A stretch of DNA of 59,927 nucleotides, the filler included. It is 9 parts of 9 records of this genome, joined end to end, with 100 filler letters (N's around TTAATTAATTAA, not from the genome) between each part and the next. Parts side by side here need not be neighbours in the genome. Positions count along the whole stretch, not along the records: positions 16,250 to 23,816 come from SRR31156797_26211; positions 23,917 to 29,580 come from SRR31156797_26213; 7 more parts are not named here. One strand, written 5' to 3'. The notes beneath the pieces are model-generated. The model was not told where the DNA came from. It searched no databases and worked only from the letters and a program-made list of their open reading frames with translations. Each line of letters begins with the position of its first letter. Positions within the stretch are counted from its first letter, which is position 1. Below, in pieces: positions 17,834 to 28,641 of the stretch. The position numbers and the translations under genes were made by a program.

Positions 17834-19138
17834 TTATCCTCTTAATTGGTAGGTAATGTCTCCAGCTCCAACACCTAAAATAATTCCTTCTGTAAGTGTT
17901 GATAAAACTTTTCCATCTTTGATTAATTCTATTTTGCCTTCTGATGTTTTTATTAAATCTGCAAAGATTGGATTATATTGTTCAAACTCTTTTTCAAAAT
18001 CTATATCAATAACCTGTTCACCTGCAACTGTCCAGATTGGTAAGATTATAAGTTCATCACATCTTCTAAAACATTTTTTAAACCCTTCAAGGTTATCGTT
18101 AGTTCTAGAGTACTTGTGTGGTTGCCAAATAACTATTCTTTTATCAATGTTTGTTAAATTGTCATATAATTCGATTGACTTCATTGTTGCTTCAATCTCT
18201 GTTGGATGGTGTGCATAATCATCTACAACTGCAAATCTATCACTTTTTTGAACAACATCAAATCTTTTTTTAATTCCTTTGTAATCTTTTAGATTTTCTC
18301 TAATAGTTTCCACATCAAGTTCATTTAAAGCTGCTAAAATTGCAAGAGCCGCATCAACTGCAATATGATATCCAAAGCCCCAAATCTCAAATGTTCCTAA
18401 GTCTTTTAAATCGAATCTTGTACAAGGCTCTGCATCTTTTAGAGTGTATGATAAATTTTTAATATCAACACTTGGATAAAGAAAAGTTGCCTCTTTTATG
18501 TTTAGTTTTTGGATATGCTCATCTTCACCATTTAAAACTCTTTTTTTAGCAAGTTCAATAAACTTTTCATAAGCACCATAAAACTTACTATAATCATAAT
18601 GGTAATACTCCATATGCTCTGGTTCTGCATTTGTAACAATAGAGCAGTAAGGATTTGACAATAAAAAAGAAGCATCAGATTCATCTGCTTCAAAAGCAAC
18701 TAAATCATTTACATATCTAAAGTTAGAACCAAAGTCTTTTGATATAGCTCCAATCAATGCTGAACTTTGTAAAATAGAAGCTAATATTGCAGTTGTTGTT
18801 GATTTGCCGTGAGCTCCTGCAACACAATAATTCTTTTTATCACCCAAAACAATAGGTAAAGCTTCTTTTCTAGAAAGTGTTCTAATCTGTTTTAATCTAG
18901 CTTCTATTAACTCTGGATTTTCATCTGTAACAGCTGCTGAGTAGATAACCAAATCAAAATCTTCTGAGATATTTTTAGCATCTTGCGGACAAGTTACTTT
19001 TATACCTTCTTGGATAAGTTCAACTGTAATTGGTGAACTTTTCATATCAGAACCACTTACTTCATGCCCATCATAATTTAAAAATCTTGCAAGTGCAGAT
19101 AAACCTATCCCACCTATTCCTATAAAATGTACTTTCAT
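17834..19138 (-). CDS. murC: UDP-N-acetylmuramate--L-alanine ligase
   Basis: HFIGIGGIGLS, GAHGKSTTT, EADESD and DDYAHHPTEI. Confidence 0.96.
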   Translation of the reverse strand: MKVHFIGIGGIGLSALARFLNYDGHEVSGSDMKSSPITVELIQEGIKVTCPQDAKNISEDFDLVIYSAAVTDENPELIEARLKQIRTLSRKEALPIVLGDKKNYCVAGAHGKSTTTAILASILQSSALIGAISKDFGSNFRYVNDLVAFEADESDASFLLSNPYCSIVTNAEPEHMEYYHYDYSKFYGAYEKFIELAKKRVLNGEDEHIQKLNIKEATFLYPSVDIKNLSYTLKDAEPCTRFDLKDLGTFEIWGFGYHIAVDAALAILAALNELDVETIRENLKDYKGIKKRFDVVQKSDRFAVVDDYAHHPTEIEATMKSIELYDNLTNIDKRIVIWQPHKYSRTNDNLEGFKKCFRRCDELIILPIWTVAGEQVIDIDFEKEFEQYNPIFADLIKTSEGKIELIKDGKVLSTLTEGIILGVGAGDITYQLRG

Positions 19139-19719
19139 TAAGCGTCCAGTAGATGTTTTAAATTATCGAATTCTTTTTCTAGAATCTCTTTATTTGCTTC
19201 TAAATACTCTTTTAAATTGTAATTAAAATTTGTAATAAAATACCCATAAACTTCACTTATCTCTGGGGCATTTAGATTCACTTCACTAGAATAAAATGTA
19301 TCCAAATCTATCTCTTTAGACAAGGCAATCAGATGTGTTTTTAAGCTATCTTCCAAAACCTCATCATCAATAATATTTGAAAGTACAAAGAAAAGCTCTT
19401 TTGCACCTTGGAAATTATCATAACTCCATTTTTCAACACCATGTTCATAAAAAGCTCTTACATAATATAAATCATCGCCCTCAAGTGTTAGCTTCCTTGT
19501 TTCAATGATTTTTTCAACCTCTTCGAAAGTTATATGAAGGATACTTTGGTAAATCTCATTTATCTTCTCTTCATCTAAATCTAATACTAAAAAAGAATCT
19601 AAAACTTCATAAAGTGCAGAGATTTCTCTTTTTTCAATTGCATCGATTCTTGTTTCTTCCAAATACTTTAAAAAATCTGGATTTGTTCTAGCGTTTTGAA
19701 GTTCCTCTTTATCCATCAA
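19138..19719 (-). CDS. conserved hypothetical protein
   Basis: 193-aa acidic ORF translationally coupled between dapC and murC. Confidence 0.75.
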   Translation of the reverse strand: MMDKEELQNARTNPDFLKYLEETRIDAIEKREISALYEVLDSFLVLDLDEEKINEIYQSILHITFEEVEKIIETRKLTLEGDDLYYVRAFYEHGVEKWSYDNFQGAKELFFVLSNIIDDEVLEDSLKTHLIALSKEIDLDTFYSSEVNLNAPEISEVYGYFITNFNYNLKEYLEANKEILEKEFDNLKHLLDA

Positions 19720-20839
19720 TAAAATCCTTTAGTCTAGTTAATACCTCTTTTGTTTTGTTTTCATTTTCAACAAGTGCAATTCGAACATAACCTTGACCGA
19801 TTCCACCTCTTCCTAAAAAACTTCCTGGAAGTACTTTTATGTTTTTTTCTTTATAAAGATTTTTAGTAAACTCTAATTCATCTTCAACCTCAAGCCAAAT
19901 ATAAAAAGTTGCTTTTGGAGGTTTTACACCTAATATATCTTTTGCTAAATCAAAATTCTTTTTATATATTTTTCTAAACTCATCAACATGTTTTGAATCA
20001 TTCCACGCGATTGCTGCTGCTTTTTGTAAAGGCACTGGAGATGCACATCCAACATAAGTTCTATATTGTAAATATGAAGATAAAATCTCTTTATCTCCAG
20101 CTACAAAACCACTTCTCAGACCTGGGGCTGAACTTCTTTTTGAAATAGAGTTCATCACTAATACATTTCTAAAACTTGTGTTTCCAGCTTCAATACTTGC
20201 TTCAAGTAAAGATGCAGGTTTATCTTTTTCATCAAAGTATATCTCAGAATAACACTCATCATTTACTAATACAAAATCAAATTCTAAAGCTTTTTTAACC
20301 CAAACAGCCAATTCCTCTTTTGTCATCTCTGCTGAAGTTGGATTGTTTGGATAGTTTAAAATCACTAAATCGCATTTTTTTAGTTCATCATCTGAAAGTT
20401 GTGCTTTAAAATCATTTTCTTTTGTTAGATTTATATGAATAGTTTTTGCTCTACTTGCAAGTGCAGCACCTTCATAAATTTGGTAAAAAGGGTTTGTGTA
20501 AGCCATTGTTGGTTCAGTTTTATCAAACAATAAAAATTGTGGGAAATTAAACAACGCTTCTCTTGTACCAAATGTCGGAACAATTTCATCTAAAGAAAGT
20601 TCAACATTAAATCTATTTTTTACAAAATTTATCATTGATTCTTTTAGTTCAGATAAACCAGCACTAGCTGGATATTTTTGTAATAAAGAAGTTGTGTTTT
20701 TCAACTCCTCTTGGATAAATGCTGGAGTTTCAAATTTTGGTTCTCCAATTGTTAAAGCACTTGCTTCAAAATTCTCATTTGGTTCTATATCTTTTAATAA
20801 TTCATTCAATTTTTCAAATGGGTATTTTTCAAAATTCAT
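19709..20839 (-). CDS. dapC: succinyldiaminopimelate transaminase (class I/II PLP aminotransferase)
   Basis: LTIGEP, NYPNNPT, NDECYSEIY and SISKRSSAPGLRSG. Confidence 0.85.
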   Translation of the reverse strand: MNFEKYPFEKLNELLKDIEPNENFEASALTIGEPKFETPAFIQEELKNTTSLLQKYPASAGLSELKESMINFVKNRFNVELSLDEIVPTFGTREALFNFPQFLLFDKTEPTMAYTNPFYQIYEGAALASRAKTIHINLTKENDFKAQLSDDELKKCDLVILNYPNNPTSAEMTKEELAVWVKKALEFDFVLVNDECYSEIYFDEKDKPASLLEASIEAGNTSFRNVLVMNSISKRSSAPGLRSGFVAGDKEILSSYLQYRTYVGCASPVPLQKAAAIAWNDSKHVDEFRKIYKKNFDLAKDILGVKPPKATFYIWLEVEDELEFTKNLYKEKNIKVLPGSFLGRGGIGQGYVRIALVENENKTKEVLTRLKDFIDG

Positions 20840-20847
20840 TTTTTTCC

Positions 20848-22278
20848 TTATTCTTCTATAACAGGTATTAATAGTTGGTTATGTTTGCTTAAGTCAAAAG
20901 AGATTAAGTCTGGGTTCGTATATAAAAATTTCCAAGATAGCCTAGATTTCATCATACCTTTTTTTAGTGGTAGTATTTGTAAAATATTATTATGTTTTCT
21001 AAGTTCTCTAATTGGATTTTTATGATTTGAAACAATCTCAATTTTTTCATTAAAAATTTTTGAAAGGTTTTCAAAGTGATCAAGAAGGTTGCTTTTATCT
21101 TCATTTTCACCTAATGGATCCAAATCAAATATTTTTGTTTTTGTTTTTAATTGTCCTGCAACATCAAAAATTACTGGAGATATTTGTTCATATGAATTAA
21201 TATCATTTATAAGGACAATTGTTTCTTTTGCACCAACCTCTTCTCTAATTTCACCGATTTTAAATATTGGTATTTTTAAGTCTAAAATATGTCTAGATTT
21301 TCTTCTATTAATAAACATTTCATTTGTCATAATCACCATACCAATATCAAAAGATCTTATATCACTTTTTAAAAGTCTTTCCATTCCTAAACTATGATAA
21401 TCCATTTTTATCTCTACTGAATCGTTGTTTGCGAATGTTTCCCTAATAAGATTAATTACACCAACCGTTGTTGGTCTAGTAATTCTGATAAAAAGTTTTC
21501 CATTTTTTAATCTTTTATGTAAAAACTTAACTTCATTTATAACATGTACAATTCTTTCTTTTGTTTGCAAATACATATCCAAATACAAATAAAGATTGTG
21601 CCCAAAAGGCATAGGAAATTGACCTTGAGATTTACCTATTGCATTATAAACTTGCATAAGTACAGTTGGTTTTCCTATTACAAGAATTACATCATTTGGT
21701 TTTAAAATTAAAGATGGCTTTATATTAATAAGTCTTTCACCTCTATATAAACCAAAAATTTTCCATTCATTTTGCTCAATTGAACCAATGTATCTATAAG
21801 CATAAGAGCTACCAAATGGGATTTTAATCTCCATAATTTCACCTTGCTTTAGCCCAATATTTTGAGCCATTACAGGAATATTTGGAAGTCTTTCAACCAT
21901 ACCATTTGCTAATACTTCAATACCTTTATAGATATTAATATAAGGGTCATCAATATCAATTCCCCAATAATCAAGTATAGAGATAGGTAGGTTTTTCTTT
22001 CTAGCTTTAATATTTTTTATAACATTTAGCATCTCATCTTTTGAGTTTAATGCAACTAAAACTTGAGTATGCACACCTTTATCTAAAACCATTGCAAGTT
22101 TTGATTCAGAAGTTGGGTCAAATTTATAGAATGTAAGGTTTGAAGTTTTTTGTTCAGGAACCACTGCATCATTCATATATACTACATCGTAACTATTCTC
22201 TGGAGTATTAGTTTCAACAATTCTTTGCATCAACTTTTTTGCAACAATACCATCTAAAATTACTAATATTTTTTTCAT
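20848..22278 (-). CDS. COG3400 family protein with TrkA-C (RCK_C) domain
   Basis: IGLKQGEIMEIKIPFGSSYAYRYIGSI...KPNDVILVIG, a Campylobacterota-type TrkA-C protein. Confidence 0.75.
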   Translation of the reverse strand: MKKILVILDGIVAKKLMQRIVETNTPENSYDVVYMNDAVVPEQKTSNLTFYKFDPTSESKLAMVLDKGVHTQVLVALNSKDEMLNVIKNIKARKKNLPISILDYWGIDIDDPYINIYKGIEVLANGMVERLPNIPVMAQNIGLKQGEIMEIKIPFGSSYAYRYIGSIEQNEWKIFGLYRGERLINIKPSLILKPNDVILVIGKPTVLMQVYNAIGKSQGQFPMPFGHNLYLYLDMYLQTKERIVHVINEVKFLHKRLKNGKLFIRITRPTTVGVINLIRETFANNDSVEIKMDYHSLGMERLLKSDIRSFDIGMVIMTNEMFINRRKSRHILDLKIPIFKIGEIREEVGAKETIVLINDINSYEQISPVIFDVAGQLKTKTKIFDLDPLGENEDKSNLLDHFENLSKIFNEKIEIVSNHKNPIRELRKHNNILQILPLKKGMMKSRLSWKFLYTNPDLISFDLSKHNQLLIPVIEE

Positions 22279-22329
22279 ATGGTATTATATCTAAAAGTAC
22301 TAAATTTTAAATTGGAATAGCTTAAGATT

Positions 22330-23226
22330 TTATTTTATTTTATGCTGCTTTATTAGTTCAAAATATTCTTTATAAAACTTTATTAAATGTTCATTGAATT
22401 CTTCTTCAACCAAATAAATACTTTGAATTGAGTTATAAGACAATGAGTTATAAAAATTCTCTTTATTGCTTAAATCTTCTTCAAACTCTTTTAAAACAGA
22501 CCCATCAAAATTGTTTTTTTTATCGTTTCTTGCGAAACCACAAGATATAAAAAATATAGGCTCAGATTTTTTTACTATCTCTATCTCACTTTCTATTTGA
22601 GGGTTTAATTCTACCATTGAGTCATAAAGAACTTTTGAGACAATAGAAAAATTACTTTTGTTAAAAAATATATTAAGAATAAGTCTTTTTTTCTTTTTGA
22701 TTCTTTTTAGTTTTTTTAAAATATTTTTGTCATAATTATTTTTTAATACAATAGATTCAAACCAGTTTTTTTCTACTCTATTTCTAAAATAGATTTCACT
22801 TATAGCATTGTTATCGAAAGTAATATTACTATTTTTATTTTTTATTAAATAAAACTGTTCATATTTTGTTTTTGATTGGCTTATTGCAAACTTGTGATTA
22901 GATAAATTGTCAATAACATTTTTGAATTTATAATAAAAATTCAAATCTGCAACAATTGCATTTATTTTTAAAGTTTTATAATCCTCTATTAATTTCTCTT
23001 CATCTTCGTAAAGTATAAGATTAATTTTTTTATCAGAAAATTTATTTTCAAAATCTTTCTGCCAAATTTGAGTTCCTATTAAACTCTCTTGTTTTGAAGA
23101 TATCATATCTAAGTAAAGAATACCTGCGTTTAATATTGATTGTTTTGCACTTAATGTTAAGCAAAATAAAATATTACACAGGAATACTAATTTTAAAAAT
23201 TGCACCTTCATCTCCATTTTTAACAC
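22330..23226 (-). CDS. PhnD/SsuA-like periplasmic substrate-binding protein (start uncertain)
   Basis: Signal-like N-terminus and YDSMVELNPQI...KKSEPIF. Coupled to a histidine kinase. Confidence 0.55.
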   Translation of the reverse strand: MLKMEMKVQFLKLVFLCNILFCLTLSAKQSILNAGILYLDMISSKQESLIGTQIWQKDFENKFSDKKINLILYEDEEKLIEDYKTLKINAIVADLNFYYKFKNVIDNLSNHKFAISQSKTKYEQFYLIKNKNSNITFDNNAISEIYFRNRVEKNWFESIVLKNNYDKNILKKLKRIKKKKRLILNIFFNKSNFSIVSKVLYDSMVELNPQIESEIEIVKKSEPIFFISCGFARNDKKNNFDGSVLKEFEEDLSNKENFYNSLSYNSIQSIYLVEEEFNEHLIKFYKEYFELIKQHKIK

Positions 23227-23816
23227 TTAACAATCCATTCATATTTTGTTCTACAATCATTTTTGACATATATAAACCAATGCCTGTTCCTTGAAATTGG
23301 TGTTTAGTTGTAAAATATGGATCAAATATTTTTTCCATAATACGAACATCAATCCCTCCTGCATTATCTTCCACTTCTAAAATTGCAATATTATCATTAT
23401 TGTAAACCCTAATCTTAATTCTAGGTTCTAATATTTCTCTTTCCACCAAAGCATCTTTTGCATTTGATAATAAATTTAATACTGCTTGGGCATATTCATT
23501 TGGGAAGCCATAAACTTCTTTTTTATCTGAAATCTCTTTTTTTATATCAATATGATGAAAACTTAAACTCGAAGACACTAGTTCTAAGGCTTGATCTACT
23601 TTATCACTAATTTTAAAACTTTCTCTTTTTTTATTTGGCTTGAAAAAGTTACTAAAATCTTCTATTGTATTAGATAAATAAGAAGATGTTTTTATGATTG
23701 TCTCAATTTTTTTAAGTTCAGATTCCTCTGTAGATATTTTGAACTCTTTTTCAACTTTTATACCTGATGCAGCTGTTGATATTATTGATAAAGGTTGTCT
23801 CCATTGATGGGCAATA
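23174..23816 (-). CDS. sensor histidine kinase, 5' truncated
   Basis: IAHQWRQPLS at the contig edge, NLLSNAKDA, EDNAGGI and GTGIGLY. Confidence 0.9.
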
Positions 23817-23917
23817 NNNNNNNNNNNNNNNNNNNNNNNNNNNNNNNNNNNNNNNNNNNNTTAATTAATTAANNNNNNNNNNNNNNNNNNNNNNNNNNNN
23901 NNNNNNNNNNNNNNNNT

Positions 23918-24079
23918 CAATACCGCAATGGCCTTTCCGACTTCAATAATGTGCTCGATGCACAGCGTTCGCTGCTCAGCTTCCAGGAAAAGCTCGCGGT
24001 AACCGAGGGCACGGTAAGCCAAAACGCCGTCCGACTCTACAAGGCGTTGGGCGGCGGGTGGCGCACATTTGAAGAGTAG
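23918..24079 (+). CDS. RND efflux outer-membrane lipoprotein (NodT/OprM family) C-terminus
   Basis: Manual translation QYRNGLSDFNNVLDAQRSLL...VRLYKALGGGW*. Confidence 0.85.
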   Translation, partial: QYRNGLSDFNNVLDAQRSLLSFQEKLAVTEGTVSQNAVRLYKALGGGWRTFEE

Positions 24080-24165
24080 CCTCTCCGCTTCCAACAGCCC
24101 GAAGGTGATACTCCGAACGTAATAGCGGTGAGAATGGTTGGCGGAGCGGATACGGAGTGGTGGCG

Positions 24166-24540
24166 TTACAACAGGGAAGCGACTTCAAACACAAAGACAA
24201 TCATCCAAATCAGGATGCTGATGCCGGCTGCCGCAGCAGCGATGTCCTTGATGATGGCGACACGCGGGTCCTCGTCGGGCTGAATCATATCGCAGATTGC
24301 TTCTATGGCGGTGTTAAATATTTCAGATATGACCATTACGCCGGTGGCGACGACGAGTAAAAGGAGGTCGAACCACTTATGCAGGGCCAGGCAAACAATA
24401 AGTAGGATCGAAGAAAGCAGAAGTTTATAGGCAACACTGAAATCGGTCAAAACTGCGTAGTGCAGGCCGGAGATACAGACTTTCAATTTTCGGAGGGGGC
24501 GGAAACCGGGCTGGCCGGTGTTCAGGAATTTGTTGCGCAT
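24166..24540 (-). CDS. dgkA: diacylglycerol/undecaprenol kinase family protein
   Basis: SEIFNTAIEAICD and IIKDIAAAA, with three TM segments. Confidence 0.85.
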   Translation of the reverse strand: MRNKFLNTGQPGFRPLRKLKVCISGLHYAVLTDFSVAYKLLLSSILLIVCLALHKWFDLLLLVVATGVMVISEIFNTAIEAICDMIQPDEDPRVAIIKDIAAAAAGISILIWMIVFVFEVASLL

Positions 24541-24564
24541 GGGATTATTTCCTTTTTAATTTCC

Positions 24565-25059
24565 TTATGATGTCGGCGGATGCTGTTGACGTGGTCTACA
24601 ACAGCCCCGATACCGGATAAACAACTGTGTCACGGTCCAGGTTCCGATGGTCACTTTTAATGCGATCAGCAGTGCAGACGCGACGGGCGGGCTGTGTGAA
24701 ACCCCGTCAATGGAGAACGAAAGCATCAATTCATAGATCAACACAACGCCGATCAGATAGAAGAGAATGGCGATGTTGCTGACAAAGAGGTACCGGAAAG
24801 CGTTCCAGACGCTTCCCGATTTCAGGTGATGGCCAATGAGCAGGCCTGCGGTGATGGTGCTCAGCTCCAGAGCCACGTAAAGGCTGAAAAGGTCTGCGCA
24901 GATGAACGCGGCGTTGATCCCGGCGTGGAGCGTGATGATGAGGGTGTGCAAAAACGACGCAGCATCATTTCGACGCCGTAAATCGAGGACCACGGCGGCG
25001 GAGACGAGCGCGTTGGGCAGCAGCAGCCATGCGGTTCGCGTATCGGTTTTCAGCATCAC
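24565..25059 (-). pseudogene. truncated MrpD/MnhD-like proton-conducting subunit
   Basis: ADLFSLYVALELS and AFRYLFVS motifs, but only 164 aa with an aberrant C-terminus. Confidence 0.65.
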
Positions 25060-25244
25060 CCCGAATGCATCGACCAGAACCCATGCGGTTGTCGAATCCT
25101 GGTGGAAGAGCAGGTGGCATACATCGCTGTCAGGATCACCGCCTGGGAGGCCGGGTCCGCATAGGCGACTGTCTCCGGGGCGTCGCCGACAATCAGCATG
25201 ACCATACCGCCGCGGGACGCAATGAAGAGAAAGTAGCCGATCAC
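25056..25244 (-). pseudogene. MrpC/MnhC-like fragment
   Basis: ADPASQAVILTA resembles the MrpC DPLPQALILTAI motif. Truncated. Confidence 0.55.
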
Positions 25245-25260
25245 TCCTGTTCCTAACTCA

Positions 25261-26013
25261 TTAAAGTCCCATGTCTTTTTTCTTATAACCTTTGGGAATT
25301 AAGAATACTTTGGAAGGCGCTTTACCTTCTTTAATTTCCAAAAGTTCCATCGAGGTTTTCATCTCCTGTCCCATCATATTCATGGTTGTCTCATTAAGAA
25401 CCTGAACACCCTTTATTTTTTTCATTTCATGCACTATTTTATCAATCAATTGCTCCATACCCGGCTGGTTTGCGAGCGTTGATGCGGTAAATTTGGCATA
25501 AACATCTGCATCTACTTTGATATCGGTTGTTGCCCAAATTATGGATTTATTTGTTCCCATCCCCATTTCCATGGTCTGGATATACTTTTGGCAATTGTAA
25601 CCGTTAATTTGCTTTTTCTCCCCGGTTGGCTCTACTGATATTTTAATATCCATCATTTTGTTCATGAATTGTTTTAAACCTGCCATATCTTCAGCAGCCA
25701 TTTCTTCACCCGATGCTTGAGCCATTTTCTCGTAATTCATGTTCATTTCAGTATAGGTTTTGCCAACGTGGTCAAGCATGATCATGCTGCCATCTTCTTT
25801 TATTATAGTCCCCTTATCTCCTATTTGGGTCCACATTGTGTCGTCGGAAATCCACGATTCTGTTTCAAATTCCTGGGCAGGTTGTTCCTGGCCCATCATG
25901 GAAAATGCATCTGTTTTTTGCTTTTGCTTGAGATACATATCTGCCAAAGCAAACTGTTGTGATAATAACATCACTAAACACATAACGGCACACAGCAATA
26001 TTCCCTTTTTCAT
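25261..26013 (-). CDS. DUF4412 domain secreted protein
   Basis: Signal peptide, TGEKKQINGYNCQKY and a C-terminal FLIPKGYKK. Confidence 0.8.
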   Translation of the reverse strand: MKKGILLCAVMCLVMLLSQQFALADMYLKQKQKTDAFSMMGQEQPAQEFETESWISDDTMWTQIGDKGTIIKEDGSMIMLDHVGKTYTEMNMNYEKMAQASGEEMAAEDMAGLKQFMNKMMDIKISVEPTGEKKQINGYNCQKYIQTMEMGMGTNKSIIWATTDIKVDADVYAKFTASTLANQPGMEQLIDKIVHEMKKIKGVQVLNETTMNMMGQEMKTSMELLEIKEGKAPSKVFLIPKGYKKKDMGL

Positions 26014-26174
26014 ATTCCCCTCCTTTGGGATTTGGTTAAAAAATAGCGTAAACTATCACCAACATGTTGGCTAACTTAATGTAATATCTTAGATCATCTT
26101 TATTAGTTCCTTCATATCGCTGATCTGTTTTGATGCTGAAAAGTTTGTAAATTTTTTAATTCAACCCAGGGTTA

Positions 26175-27113
26175 TTATTTGAAATGGCGCACGGCAAACT
26201 GAACTTTGTCCTCAATTGAATTTAATTCATGATAGTGTTGTTCAATCCATTTTAATCGTTTTAATAGCCCGGATTGATTCGCAATTTGAATGTTCAGTCC
26301 CGGGCGTGCGTTAATCTCCAGAATCATCGGGCCCTGATTTTTATCCAGAACAATATCCACTCCCTGGTATGCAAGACCGGTCATTTCGTAACACCGAGAG
26401 GCAATATCCAGCAATTTTTTCCAGAAAGGGATTTTAATGTTGGCTATCGGGTGCCCGGTATCAGGATGTCTGGTGATAATGGTATCTTTCCATACAGCAG
26501 AAAGCGTGATACCTGTCGCAATATTGACTCCTGCACCGATAGCGCCCTGATGGAGATTGGCTTTGCCGTCTGACATTTGGGTGGGCAGACGCACCATTGA
26601 CATGACCGGGATACCAAAGAAAACAATAATTCGGATATCCGGAACTCCCCTATAAGAAATTGGTTCAAATATCAGATCCGGCTGTACCCGGTACTCGATG
26701 ATGGCTTTATCGGATTGTCCGCCAAGACTGTACAGGCCGCTTAAAATATTTGAAATATGATATCTGAGTTCATTAGAAGTCATAAAGTTGCCACTTACTT
26801 TCCGGTACATATCCATAGCACGGTCAGCAATCACCACAATTCCGTTGCCGCCGCTACCGCAAGCAGGTTTAACGACAAAGGCATCTTGATGTTTTATAAT
26901 ATCGTCAATATCCTGGATTTGACGTTCGATTTCTATGACGGCATAAAGCTCGGGAGCCGGAATGCCGGCTTCTATAGCAAGCTGCTTTGTCTTTAATTTA
27001 TTATCAACAAGGGGATATTTGTTTCGGCTGTTATATTTCAGGGTATAGTTTGCATTTCTATTGTTAATGCCCAGAATACCTTTTTGTGAGAGTAGTTTAA
27101 AATAGTTAAACAT
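26175..27113 (-). CDS. alpha-L-glutamate ligase-like ATP-grasp protein
   Basis: GILGINNRN, YPLVDNKLKTK, VKPACGSGGNGI, ANLHQGAIG and LEINARPGLNIQIAN. Likely start at ATG 27113. Confidence 0.9.
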   Translation of the reverse strand: MFNYFKLLSQKGILGINNRNANYTLKYNSRNKYPLVDNKLKTKQLAIEAGIPAPELYAVIEIERQIQDIDDIIKHQDAFVVKPACGSGGNGIVVIADRAMDMYRKVSGNFMTSNELRYHISNILSGLYSLGGQSDKAIIEYRVQPDLIFEPISYRGVPDIRIIVFFGIPVMSMVRLPTQMSDGKANLHQGAIGAGVNIATGITLSAVWKDTIITRHPDTGHPIANIKIPFWKKLLDIASRCYEMTGLAYQGVDIVLDKNQGPMILEINARPGLNIQIANQSGLLKRLKWIEQHYHELNSIEDKVQFAVRHFK

Positions 27114-28641
27114 CGTTTGTTTTCCTGACAAATTCCTTAAAGCGGTAGAGTTCAATCAGGCGGAAGCCTGAATACCGGCCCAACAGCAGGGTGATGCCAA
27201 ACATGATGAAAAGCAGTTCCGGGAAAAAAAACATGATATGTTCAATGATTTTATTTTTGATCACATAATAAATCACAGCAGATACAAACAGTGTTCCAAA
27301 ACCTTGACTGAGGGCTTCTCCGGGCCCTCTTTCATCCCAGACTATGGACATTCTTTCTATCGCTAATGACAGAATAACAATAGGGAAGAGGGATACAGAT
27401 AATCCAAGAGGCAGGGCCATATTATAGGTAAATATATTTAAGCCTGCTATGATGATGATAACAGCAATTAATATTGCTGATAATCTGGGTACAACAAGCA
27501 GTTTCAAGTTTTCCAGATAAAACCGGATGGCAAGGCCGATAGCAATAACAAGTGAAAACAGGATGATTCCCCACAGCAGTTGGGTTTCCCTGAAAGACAG
27601 TGCGATCAGAACCGGCATAAAGGTTCCGAATGTTTTAATTCCGATAATATTCCTGAAAATTACCATTAGTAACGCACCTAAAGGAATCAGCAGTATCACA
27701 CGGTATATAATCTGATTCTGGATGGGCAGATTCAGTAATGAAAATTTAAAAAAAAGGGGAGATAAGAGTTTGCTTTGCAAAATTGCGCTTTGAATTGCTT
27801 CAGTCTCATTTTTTTGGGCAGTTATCTGGATATGGGGATTTGTTCCTCCCCAAATTTTATACAGGGGCTCAGAGCCTCTCCACCAAGCGATATAACTTTC
27901 CGGGATATCACCGCCTGAATTGTCAGGATTATAACTTTTCCATTTTTTCTGATAATATACTTCCAGCCAGCTTAACATTTCCACCTGGAGAGTCTCTTCT
28001 CTTAGATCAAAACCGTGAACCAGTTGGGCGGGAATGCCTGCCAATGCCAGCAATTTGACGGCGGTTTCAATTTTTTTTGTTGTTGAAGCGGTTTCTTTTC
28101 CTAACAGCAAGGCAACATTTTCGTTAATCCCGGGGGAATTCAGATGCTTGAATATATTTCCAATAACGGTATTCAAGTCTGCAGAATGTTTATAAATATC
28201 ATTCCATAAACGGTTTGCTGCACTTAAGTAAGGCTCGTCAAGCGGAGGGGTTGTTATTTTTCTGGGTTTTAACTTGCGCCACTTTTTATTGGCTGCTTTC
28301 TGAACACGAACCCGGTAATATAGGTGCTGTCTTCCTTTTATTTTTCGGATAGACCAGACGGCCTTTCGGTTGTTGTGCTTTTTTACTGTAATCAGACCGT
28401 ATTTTCCCGACAGGAAATGTTCAGAAATAATGGTGAAATTTTCAGATTCACCGGGTAAAAATAGGCTGGCTTTTAATGCTTTGTTACCAGCATCCACTGA
28501 CAGGCTGATTTCAATATCCCAGAGGTTAGATGTTTTGTCAGGTGTAAGGGGAAAGTTCAGAAAATAGTATTTAAAAATAAAAATTCCGAACCCAAGCAAG
28601 ACAAGCATGCCCGATAAAATAAATAGTTGAAATTTTTTCAT
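27106..28641 (-). CDS. inactive transglutaminase fused to a 7TM domain
   Basis: Transglutaminase-like middle region (LAGIPAQLVHG, WLEVY) and C-terminal RNIIGIKTFGTFMPVLIAL...GRYSGFRLIELYRF. Confidence 0.9.
   Translation of the reverse strand: MKKFQLFILSGMLVLLGFGIFIFKYYFLNFPLTPDKTSNLWDIEISLSVDAGNKALKASLFLPGESENFTIISEHFLSGKYGLITVKKHNNRKAVWSIRKIKGRQHLYYRVRVQKAANKKWRKLKPRKITTPPLDEPYLSAANRLWNDIYKHSADLNTVIGNIFKHLNSPGINENVALLLGKETASTTKKIETAVKLLALAGIPAQLVHGFDLREETLQVEMLSWLEVYYQKKWKSYNPDNSGGDIPESYIAWWRGSEPLYKIWGGTNPHIQITAQKNETEAIQSAILQSKLLSPLFFKFSLLNLPIQNQIIYRVILLIPLGALLMVIFRNIIGIKTFGTFMPVLIALSFRETQLLWGIILFSLVIAIGLAIRFYLENLKLLVVPRLSAILIAVIIIIAGLNIFTYNMALPLGLSVSLFPIVILSLAIERMSIVWDERGPGEALSQGFGTLFVSAVIYYVIKNKIIEHIMFFFPELLFIMFGITLLLGRYSGFRLIELYRFKEFVRKTNDV

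Noticed and set aside
23861-24200. Minus-strand ORFs at the start of contig 4
   Set aside because: The real gene is the plus-strand NodT/OprM C-terminus.
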